This document shows positions 1 to 7,211 of a stretch of 64,000 bases of DNA, piece by piece. Every line of letters starts with the position of its first letter. Position 1 is the first letter of the stretch. Origin of the DNA: Armatimonadota bacterium (GTDB taxonomy: Bacteria; Armatimonadota; Fimbriimonadia; Fimbriimonadales; Fimbriimonadaceae); NCBI GenBank assembly GCA_031400935.1, contig JANNQV010000035.1:1-64000 (forward strand), given 5' to 3'. The translations under genes and the position numbers were made by a program. The notes under the pieces were generated by a model that did not search any database, was not told where the DNA came from, and saw only the letters and a list, made by a program, of their open reading frames with translations.

Positions 1-299
1 CCAGGCAAAAGTCCGGCCTCGCAAAGAACCTGAAAGCCATTGCAAACGCCAGTTACAGGATTGCCAAAAGCCGCCAATTCACGAATGGACTGCATGATCG
101 GGGCATGGGAAGCCATCGCCCCGCACCGAAGATAGTCGCCATACGAAAACCCGCCAGGAATAAAAACTGCATCGAATCCCTTGAGCGAATTTGAATCGTG
201 CCAAACGTAATCCGCCTGAACTCCAATGTCGTCGCGAAGCGCATGTAGTGCGTCTTGATCGCAATTTGATCCCGGGAATTGGATTACCGCGACCTTCAT
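1..299 (-). CDS. purQ: Phosphoribosylformylglycinamidine synthase subunit PurQ (5' part; runs off window)
   Basis: Manual translation from ATG at 299: [19 protein letters not shown]..., later [11 protein letters not shown] and GVCNGFQ. ATGA overlap with purS stop. Not in ORF track because it is open at the window edge. Confidence 0.95.
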   Translation of the reverse strand, partial: MKVAVIQFPGSNCDQDALHALRDDIGVQADYVWHDSNSLKGFDAVFIPGGFSYGDYLRCGAMASHAPIMQSIRELAAFGNPVTGVCNGFQVLCEAGLLP

Positions 300-547
300 T
301 TCGTAGAAACGACCTCCGAATGAACTTCATAGTTGAAATTCTCAATCACCGGATTTGCGAGAAGCTCCTGGCACATTTCTCGAATTCTTGCGTCGGTTGG
401 ATTGGCAATTTGAAGTTCGATCAGCTTTCCAATTCGACAATCTTCAACTTCGTCGAAACCGAGTTTTTGAAGGGAGCTTTTGACAGTCCGTCCGGCAGAA
501 TCGAGCAGAGAAGGCTTCAAAGTTATGTAGACTCGGACCAAGGCCAT
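296..547 (-). CDS. purS: Phosphoribosylformylglycinamidine synthase subunit PurS
   Basis: [12 protein letters not shown]...RIGKLIEL...[14 protein letters not shown]; directly upstream of purQ. Confidence 0.95.
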   Translation of the reverse strand: MALVRVYITLKPSLLDSAGRTVKSSLQKLGFDEVEDCRIGKLIELQIANPTDARIREMCQELLANPVIENFNYEVHSEVVSTK

Positions 548-586
548 CGTCTATTTTGGCACATTTTGAACTAGAAGTCAGATAAA

Positions 587-1252
587 ATGAGCCAGGCAAT
601 GCGATTCATCATCACCGTCTTTCGCAAAGAGATGCTCATGGAAATGCGAAATCGTTCCGGATTTCTCACCGCTGGCCTTTTTGCAACGGTTACCGTGCTC
701 ACTCTTGCCATCGCAAGCTTTGGAAAGCAGCTCGATGGAACTCTAGCTGGCGGACTCATTTGGGTTGCATTACTTTTTGCAGCGGTGGTTTCACTTCCAC
801 GATCGTTTTTGAGCGAAGAAGAACAAGGCACAGGCGACCTCTTGCGATTGTTGGCTCCTCCATATTCGGTGTTTTGGGGAAAGGCACTTTTTAACCTCGC
901 TCAAATGGTCGTCACAGGAATCGTATTGGCAACGATTTATGTGAATGTTGCCGGCGTTCGGGTTCTTGATACGCCTCAATTTCTTCTGACATTGATAGGC
1001 GGCTGCGCCGCACTTTCAGGCACCGTGACTTTGTGCGGTGCGCTTGTTGCCCAAGCTCAAAACCGAGGTGTTCTAGCGGGCGCAATCGCTTTGCCGCTTT
1101 TGGTTCCATTTGTATTTTTGGGTGTAGCTTCGCTTCGCATTTCGCTCGGAGACGGCTTAGGCGGATCGAGCGCGATTATTGGTGTCTGGCTATATGCGGT
1201 GGCAAGCTATGCATTAGGCCCAATGTGGTTTGAGGCTATATGGAAGGCGTAA
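587..1252 (+). CDS. ccmB: Heme exporter protein CcmB
   Basis: Multi-TM 221 aa; FRKEMLMEMR, FLSEEEQGTGDLLRL, GKALFN, LPLLVP; upstream of ccmC. Confidence 0.9.
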   Translation: MSQAMRFIITVFRKEMLMEMRNRSGFLTAGLFATVTVLTLAIASFGKQLDGTLAGGLIWVALLFAAVVSLPRSFLSEEEQGTGDLLRLLAPPYSVFWGKALFNLAQMVVTGIVLATIYVNVAGVRVLDTPQFLLTLIGGCAALSGTVTLCGALVAQAQNRGVLAGAIALPLLVPFVFLGVASLRISLGDGLGGSSAIIGVWLYAVASYALGPMWFEAIWKA

Positions 1253-1995
1253 AGAAATTTGTTTGGATTGGTTTCGGGTTGCTGTTCGCGCTGGTGGCAG
1301 TGTGGAGTTTTCAAGTGCCAGACGTACAGCTGTTTCGACAGCCGCCATTGGCGAGGATCATGTTTTGGCATTTGCCTTGTACCCTAGTTGGCCTAACGTT
1401 CTACTTTTGGGGCGTTGCAATGAGCTGGCGATATCTTTCAACACGCGAAATGCGCTTCGACATTCGAGCAGGAGCCGTAAACGAATTTGTGACGATTCTA
1501 TTCTCATTGACCATGGCAACTGGAATTCTGTTTAGCTATGTTCAATGGGGGGCATGGTGGCAGGGCGACCCTCGTCAAACTTCATTCCTGCTTGTTTTGA
1601 TGCTGCAGTTTGCCTATATGCTGCTTCGAACTGCATTCTCGGACGAGCAAAAGCGTGCATCAGCTTCGGCTGTTTACAACGTGGCTTCTTTCTTGCCGTT
1701 CTTGTTCTTGATTGTCGTTTATCCTCGCTTACCTCAAGTTGCGTCTTTGATTTCACATCCGAGCAAAGTGAATCAGAGCGGCTTGTTCGTTGGTGAGTAC
1801 CTATATGTTTTGCTTGCTGTTTGGGCTTTGCTGACTGCTTTTGGCATCAAACTAGTTCTGCAGCGAATCGCAGTTGAGTCGGTTCGATTGAACCGGGAGG
1901 AAATAGATGGAAAATTGGATGTTGGCGGCAATACCGCCGGTTTTGGTGTGGTGCGGCCTATTTCTGTACCTAATGAACACGGAACGGAAGGTTAG
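1240..1995 (+). CDS. ccmC: Heme exporter / cytochrome c biogenesis protein CcmC
   Basis: IMFWHLP, Trp-rich WGAWWQGDPRQT motif, second His in SHP. Confidence 0.9.
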   Translation: MEGVKKFVWIGFGLLFALVAVWSFQVPDVQLFRQPPLARIMFWHLPCTLVGLTFYFWGVAMSWRYLSTREMRFDIRAGAVNEFVTILFSLTMATGILFSYVQWGAWWQGDPRQTSFLLVLMLQFAYMLLRTAFSDEQKRASASAVYNVASFLPFLFLIVVYPRLPQVASLISHPSKVNQSGLFVGEYLYVLLAVWALLTAFGIKLVLQRIAVESVRLNREEIDGKLDVGGNTAGFGVVRPISVPNEHGTEG

Positions 1996-2026
1996 GAAGC
2001 TGACTCGTGACGTGGGTGAGGAGTGA
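1907..2026 (+). CDS. ccmD: CcmD-like small membrane protein (39 aa)
   Basis: GGGAGG SD then MENWMLAAIPPVLVWCGLFLYLMNTERKVRKLTRDVGEE*; single TM plus basic tail; follows ccmC. Confidence 0.75.
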   Translation: MENWMLAAIPPVLVWCGLFLYLMNTERKVRKLTRDVGEE

Positions 2027-2028
2027 CT

Positions 2029-2179
2029 TGGGTGAATTGGGTGATTTGGAAGACATGGGTGACAAGGGAAAAACCAAGTCACTTGGGTCGTCTTGGTTAC
2101 TTTTGCCCCTTGGGTCGTTTGGTACCCTAATAAACTAAATGTCGTCAAACCTGGATGATCGTTTCACCCAATTCACCCA
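2029..2179. repeat. 9-bp-period degenerate tandem repeats bounded by a perfect 16-bp inverted repeat
   Basis: TGGGTGAATTGGGTGA (2029-2044) and TCACCCAATTCACCCA (2164-2179). Confidence 0.85.
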
Positions 2180-2227
2180 TGTAATCCCGTAACCCAGTTC
2201 ATCTCCACAAGGTACAATGAACTAGTT

Positions 2228-2491
2228 GTGAGCGACAAGCCCATCCCCACGCCCTATTGGTGGAAAAATACGTATTTTTGGATTGCCGCGATCCTATTTA
2301 TGATCGGCTTTCTAGGAATAGCTATAGGGCAAGATTCGGTTCGGGATCCTGGCCAGAAGCGAGAAGACGGCCTAGCCTTGATCTACTTTGGGGGCGCATT
2401 AGTAATGCTAGTGAATGGATTTTTGAGTCACAAGCAGACCGTGCAGCATTACAACGAACAGGGCGGAAGCAGCAGTCAGGAAGGAGCGTAA
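2228..2491 (+). CDS. Hypothetical 2-TM membrane protein
   Basis: 87 aa, two hydrophobic segments; TACAAT just upstream of GTG start. Confidence 0.75.
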   Translation: MSDKPIPTPYWWKNTYFWIAAILFMIGFLGIAIGQDSVRDPGQKREDGLALIYFGGALVMLVNGFLSHKQTVQHYNEQGGSSSQEGA

Positions 2492-2692
2492 ATGGTTCAG
2501 TGTGGATGTGGAAAAGCGTTAGAAAAGGTGCCTGTATGGCTAGTCAGAGTTGATGTAGAGTTTGTTTGCAACAACTGCCCAAACCGAAATTACAAGAACA
2601 TTGCTTCTGTAACTTTTGAAAGCATGGGTCCCGCAAAGGCAATTGTTGGAGCGCCTGAAGACCTAGAAGTTATTGAAGAAGAAGAATCGTAG
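2492..2692 (+). CDS. Small Cys-rich (CxC...CxxC) putative zinc-binding protein
   Basis: AGGAAGGAG SD; MVQCGCG...VCNNCP; acidic tail. Confidence 0.75.
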   Translation: MVQCGCGKALEKVPVWLVRVDVEFVCNNCPNRNYKNIASVTFESMGPAKAIVGAPEDLEVIEEEES

Positions 2693-2696
2693 CTGA

Positions 2697-2783
2697 AATG
2701 TGGCTTGGCCGTCTCGGCCAAGAACGTTGAAAAACTGGATGCAGGTATGCGGGAAATCTTGGCCGAGACGGCCAAGCTACATT
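2697..2783. repeat. REPIN-like element (two inverted palindromic REP units), family A
   Basis: AATGTGGCTTGGCCGTCTCGGCCAAGA ... TCTTGGCCGAGACGGCCAAGCTACATT, between convergent genes. Confidence 0.85.
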
Positions 2784-3034
2784 CAAGCCACTAGCTGATT
2801 AGCCCAAATCAAATAGACTTCTCGAGGAGTCTGATGCAAGCCCAATTTGTTCATGCACTCGGATTGAATTTTCCGAGCCGTCATGGATTGATCGCCCGTC
2901 ACGGTAACGTGAGCGAGCAAACCGTGCTCACCATACCAAACTGATGCTTCTACCACTTCGGGCAGTTTCATCAAGAATCTCTCTGTGAGCTTGGGGCTGA
3001 TTCCTTTCGGGGCCATATGTATTGCTGATGCCAT
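2783..3034 (-). CDS. Small protein resembling a stand-alone AMP-binding enzyme C-terminal domain
   Basis: ISPKLTERFLMKLPEVVEASVW...LLAHVTV...LGLHQTPREV; start uncertain. Confidence 0.6.
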   Translation of the reverse strand: MASAIHMAPKGISPKLTERFLMKLPEVVEASVWYGEHGLLAHVTVTGDQSMTARKIQSECMNKLGLHQTPREVYLIWANQLVA

Positions 3035-3103
3035 ATCTTGATGATCGGCATTCCTGGCAATTTGCACATGGAAATCCCGCAAAAAATACGGGATTTTGAA
3101 AAA

Positions 3104-3180
3104 TGGGGCGGCTGATGGGTCTTGAACCCACGGCCTCCTGAGCCACAGTCAGGCGCTCTAACCCCTGAGCTACAACCGCC
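3104..3180 (-). tRNA. tRNA-His(GTG)
   Basis: Cloverleaf GGCGGTTGTAGCTCAG...CTGTGGC...GGTTCAAGA...CAGCCGCCCCA; G-1:C73; encoded CCA. Confidence 0.95.
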
Positions 3181-3318
3181 GCGAAGTTCACATATTACCT
3201 TGCGGAGTTCCACATGAGATTGAAAGTCACTTAGAAATTCGTGCAATGGTCGCAAAGATTCGTATGAGACTTGCCACGTATCCTGGGGTGAGGTGTGCAA
3301 CGAGGATCATTTTTTGTT

Positions 3319-3448
3319 TCTCGCAAAGGCGCAAAGAACGCAAAGCAAACGGTGCAACATTGGAGCGTTCCTACTGTGCAAATTACTCCAAATGCGCTCT
3401 AAGATTCCGAAAGCTTTTCACCAGATTCTTTGCGTCCATTGCGTGAGA
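3319..3448. repeat. CGCAAAG tandem units with a distal inverted copy
   Basis: TCTCGCAAAGGCGCAAAGAACGCAAAG ... TTCTTTGCGTCCATTGCGTGAGA. Confidence 0.7.
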
Positions 3449-3501
3449 TTCCGAAACGCCTTCTTGCCTATGAGAAATTCAAATTCGGGTACAAGGCTAC
3501 C

Positions 3502-4023
3502 GTGGCAAGAGTTATTCTGGGCTTGGGATCAAATATCGGGAATCGTGCCGAGTTGATTCAATTTGCGGTCAACGAACTTTCATCCAAGATTCAAATTGAA
3601 AAGGTGAGTTCTTTGTATGAAACCGCTCCGATGTACGTCCAAGACCAACCGCCATTTTTGAATGCAGCCCTGCTGGGAGAGACGATTCTTGGCCCTCTTG
3701 CGCTCTTGGAATTTGCAAAACAGGTCGAAGGTGAGATTGGAAGGCAAGCAAGAGAAAAATATGGCCCGCGAGAGGTGGATATTGACCTTGTCTATTATGG
3801 AAGTCTTCAACTGCAATGCGAAGGCTGCAATTTGCGACCGCTCCGAGTTCCACATCCATTGACCGCTGAACGAAGATTCGTCCTCGAACCTTTGGCTGAA
3901 ATCGCTCCAGAATCCATAATTCCAGGATTTGGCATAGCAATTGACCTTCTGGAGACCACCAAAGTTCAAGCTCAATCCGTCTTTAGAGTGACCGATGCCA
4001 CATTATCGCTACACAGCAACTAG
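3502..4023 (+). CDS. folK: 2-amino-4-hydroxy-6-hydroxymethyldihydropteridine diphosphokinase
   Basis: LGLGSNIGNR, SSLYETAP, QPPFLNA, GPREVDIDL, VPHP...ERRFVLEPLAEI; GTG start at 3502. Confidence 0.95.
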   Translation: MARVILGLGSNIGNRAELIQFAVNELSSKIQIEKVSSLYETAPMYVQDQPPFLNAALLGETILGPLALLEFAKQVEGEIGRQAREKYGPREVDIDLVYYGSLQLQCEGCNLRPLRVPHPLTAERRFVLEPLAEIAPESIIPGFGIAIDLLETTKVQAQSVFRVTDATLSLHSN

Positions 4024-5344
4024 CCCCGACGGAAAGCGCCATGAAGGCACCGCACAGGCCACCGATTGGCAAGCTGTTGATAAAATGCTTCAACTTCGAG
4101 GATTGAAGCTCAACGGCATTTCAGAAGTCGTTGCAGCTGGGCTTCCGCAGAAACCTGCTCCAGTAGCTATCAAAAATGCTCCTAAGGCCTCGCCCACCGT
4201 TCAAACCCAGTCAGTGCAATCGGTAAAGGCTTTCGTGGCAAATTCGGTTCAGCCAACAAATACGGTTCCTGTTCGCACAAAGTGCGCAACCGACAAAGAC
4301 CTGTACTTTCTCTTCAGCCAAATTTCGAGCTACTTGAAGTCAGGAGTCAACCCTGCACAGGCCTATACGAACTTGGCCACGAATATGGCACGGACAAAGT
4401 TCAAAGGAGCCTTGGAAGATTGCGCTCACGACGCAAGTAAAGGACTAAGCAATGCGAACACGTTTCTAAAATATCCGTACCTTTTCCCGCCCCACATTGT
4501 CGGAATGTATCGGGCTGGTGAAATCGGTGGGTTTTTGCCTCAGGCCTGCGAAGCAATTTCTGAGCAAGCGAACAACTCTCACAAATTCAAAAGATGGTAC
4601 TTCTGGCTAGGAATCTTCTTCATATCCGTTCTGGCGTGTTTGCCGGTGATGGTTTGGGGCTTGCAATCCCTGATGGCGTTTTGGGACAAATCGGCCAGCG
4701 GAGAAGCCCAGTCGTCCCCTTTCAAGGTGTTGGGAGCGACCTTTTTCGAGCAGTTCGTTAGGTCGTTGCCAATTTTCATCTTCTCGACCCTAGTTGTTTG
4801 GCTCTTTTATCGAGTGTGGCAATCCATGCCAAACCGAGGATTAAGGCACAAATTGGTACTTCTTGTGCCAACTACATCAAAGAGGGCAAAGCTCGAATCC
4901 ATGACCATGTTCGCATGGACACTTTCGAACTTGTTCAAATCCGGAATTTCTCCAAAGACGGCGGTTGAAGCGGCGGCAAACGTTATGCCGAACCTAGAAT
5001 TGGCTACAAAAATGCAAAGCGCCGCAAATTCAATGAGAGCAGAAACGAAGCTGTCGCAGGTGGTTCAAGACATTTCAATGCTCACACCGGAAATGGGTTC
5101 GATTGTGGCAACTGGGGAATATGTGGGAGATTTGCCTGGTGCCTTGGCTAGTGTTGCCGAAGCGCAGCGAGCGGAGTTTTCTTCTGCGGATAAGGCCGGA
5201 CAAATGCGGATCGGATGCTGGATGTTGCTGCTCATCATGGGTGGCTCCCTCCTTATCTTGGCAGGATTTTATCGTCTGTTCATGGACGGAATGATGGAGA
5301 AAATCAGCGAGGACACTCCTGTGCAAATGATTCTCCCACTGTAA
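3995..5344 (+). CDS. Type II secretion / type IV pilus inner-membrane platform protein (GspF/PilC family)
   Basis: MPHYRYTATSPDGK N-terminus; two T2SSF repeats (AGEIGGFL, TGEYVGDL) with TM segments. Confidence 0.88.
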   Translation: MPHYRYTATSPDGKRHEGTAQATDWQAVDKMLQLRGLKLNGISEVVAAGLPQKPAPVAIKNAPKASPTVQTQSVQSVKAFVANSVQPTNTVPVRTKCATDKDLYFLFSQISSYLKSGVNPAQAYTNLATNMARTKFKGALEDCAHDASKGLSNANTFLKYPYLFPPHIVGMYRAGEIGGFLPQACEAISEQANNSHKFKRWYFWLGIFFISVLACLPVMVWGLQSLMAFWDKSASGEAQSSPFKVLGATFFEQFVRSLPIFIFSTLVVWLFYRVWQSMPNRGLRHKLVLLVPTTSKRAKLESMTMFAWTLSNLFKSGISPKTAVEAAANVMPNLELATKMQSAANSMRAETKLSQVVQDISMLTPEMGSIVATGEYVGDLPGALASVAEAQRAEFSSADKAGQMRIGCWMLLLIMGGSLLILAGFYRLFMDGMMEKISEDTPVQMILPL

Positions 5345-5397
5345 GAATAACGTGGCGATTCGTGTCACTTTTTGGCTAAACGTTACTCAGTACGATT

Positions 5398-5462
5398 TGT
5401 GGATAAGTGTGTGTACATCTAAACGGATTGAAGCGGAAACCGCTAGACAAATATGTGGAAAA
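5398..5462. promoter_or_regulatory. DnaA-box cluster
   Basis: TGTGGATAA (5398-5406, perfect), TGTGTACAT (5410-5418, degenerate), TGTGGAAAA (5454-5462), same orientation, in an intergenic region. Confidence 0.5.
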
Positions 5463-5565
5463 GTGAACCAATTCCTCAAAACCAGTATAAGACAGATTGG
5501 ACAAGTAGGTCATGAAAGAAATAGAAGTCCTACCTGTCCAAAAATTCCGAAGTCGTGGGAAAATC

Positions 5566-5651
5566 TGGTGCGCGGGAAAGGACTCGAACCTTCACACCTT
5601 GTGAGCACTACCACCTCAAGGTAGCGTGTCTACCAATTTCACCACCCGCGC
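5566..5651 (-). tRNA. tRNA-Leu(GAG)
   Basis: GCGCGGGTGGTGAAATTGGTAGAC...CTACC-TTGAGGT-GGTAG; long variable arm; GGTTCGAGTCC; CCA. Confidence 0.95.
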
Positions 5652-5739
5652 AGAAGTGCGAAAGTATACCACGGGCCAACGTACCTGCTTTGGCAATTTT
5701 TACGAAACACTATGCCACTTTGGACGTACAATTGACGAT

Positions 5740-7077
5740 ATGAAACGCAATTTCTTTTTGCCGATTTGTGGAGTTTTGCTATGTTCACCTCTTTTTGGTT
5801 GCGGTGGCGGATTGCTGGCAGCCCTCCGAACTGCCTCAGTAAGTGGAAATGTTATAGATTTGGCTGGAAACACAGTACAAAACGTTGAGATCACGATGGA
5901 TGGCCAATCCACAATTTCGAACACTGGCGGTGCATTTGTACTCACTGGACTTCGAGAAGGCGTTTGGGAGCTGCGAGCTGAATCAACACCGACTGGCGGC
6001 GGAGCTACCTATAGTGCATTCACAGTAGTTCAAGTCTTTGAAGGTGAGAGAAGCCGAAGCATCAACGTTACGCTGGTTCGTTCGGATCAGCAGGCCACAT
6101 TCCGCGGGTTCGTTCGCGACAGATTCGGCAATATCATTCAAGGTGCTCATGTCTTTGCCTTTTTACAGTCTGGAGGAACCCAGCTCAGCAGCATCCACGA
6201 TGTGAGCAATTCAAATGGAGCCTATGAGCTCAAGGGACTCGCCGCGGGATTTACCTACACGGTAAATGGCTCGGCACGCGAATTTGCATCCGATCGTAGC
6301 TCCGTTTCGCTTAGTGCAGGTGAAGTTCGGCAATACGACATCATTGTTGGCGATACTGCTGATCCCATGATTTCGCCGCCTGGAAACATGTCGGCAGTGG
6401 CTTGGACGACTCCAAACGAGATTACAAGGAGCCAATCTGATTACGCAGCATTTGAAAACCTAAAGCGCATTTCCGATCCTCGGCGACTAAATCGAAGAGG
6501 AACAACTCGCGAAACAAGTAGTGGAAACAATATCGAAGTTGACTTAGTTTGGGACACGCCAACTTCAAATTTGAATTTTTTCTTGGGCTACGGAATCTAT
6601 ATGGCGACGACCTCGAATGGGATCAGCAACCCCGTTGATTTCTTGCGTGATCCAGAAACGTATTTTTATGCGGATCTTTCTGACTACCTTATCGAGAATC
6701 AGAACTATTACTATGAAATGACTTCGCTGAACGTCAACTACCCAAACACGTTCAATTCGGAATCGAATTTTGGCGATAGATATGGCGTGCGCACACTTGA
6801 CGACCTTGTACTGGCGGGCGAGATTCAAGGTCCTCTCGAATTCTTTTGGCAAGGCGGTTCTGGGGCAACAGAATACTTCGTGTACCTTTTTGACGAATTG
6901 CCATCAATCGGAACCGACTCGATTTGGGTCAATTCGATCTCAGTTTCAGGTACATCGTTAGTCTATTCAGGACCATCACTGACTTCAGGACACCGGTATT
7001 ATTACATGGTGTTAGGAATGGCAAATGGCGGCGACAGCCGAACGATAAGCCGACTCGGTGATTTTGTTGCGAACTAA
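5740..7077 (+). CDS. Lipoprotein with carboxypeptidase-regulatory-like beta-sandwich and Fn3-like domains
   Basis: MKRNFF signal with LFGC lipobox; SGNVIDLAG...TNTGGAF-like and GFVRDRFG...SNSNGAYEL repeats; YYYEMT/YYYMV strands. Confidence 0.8.
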   Translation: MKRNFFLPICGVLLCSPLFGCGGGLLAALRTASVSGNVIDLAGNTVQNVEITMDGQSTISNTGGAFVLTGLREGVWELRAESTPTGGGATYSAFTVVQVFEGERSRSINVTLVRSDQQATFRGFVRDRFGNIIQGAHVFAFLQSGGTQLSSIHDVSNSNGAYELKGLAAGFTYTVNGSAREFASDRSSVSLSAGEVRQYDIIVGDTADPMISPPGNMSAVAWTTPNEITRSQSDYAAFENLKRISDPRRLNRRGTTRETSSGNNIEVDLVWDTPTSNLNFFLGYGIYMATTSNGISNPVDFLRDPETYFYADLSDYLIENQNYYYEMTSLNVNYPNTFNSESNFGDRYGVRTLDDLVLAGEIQGPLEFFWQGGSGATEYFVYLFDELPSIGTDSIWVNSISVSGTSLVYSGPSLTSGHRYYYMVLGMANGGDSRTISRLGDFVAN

Positions 7078-7114
7078 ACCAATTTGTGATTCCGTCCAAT
7101 GTCTGAATCATCGT

Positions 7115-7205
7115 GGAGTCCCCGCTTCCGATGGGATAAGGCGAAGAACGTTACTTCCTCCTAGGCCTCCTGGCATCCCCGGTCAGGAGGCTTCGCCTCT
7201 TTTTT
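7115..7205 (+). ncRNA. Candidate structured RNA (sRNA or attenuator) with CCUCCU motifs and a terminator-like end
   Basis: AGGCGAAG (7139-7146) pairs with CTTCGCCT (7191-7198); inner stem CCTCCTGGC/GTCAGGAGG; T-run at 7200-7205. Confidence 0.45.
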
Positions 7206-7211
7206 AAGCCT

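Noticed and set aside
556..572. Sigma54 promoter before ccmB (TGGCAC)
   Set aside because: No GC at the -12 position.
53..574. Track ORFs 53-244, 79-345 and 191-574
   Set aside because: Alternate frames of purQ and purS.
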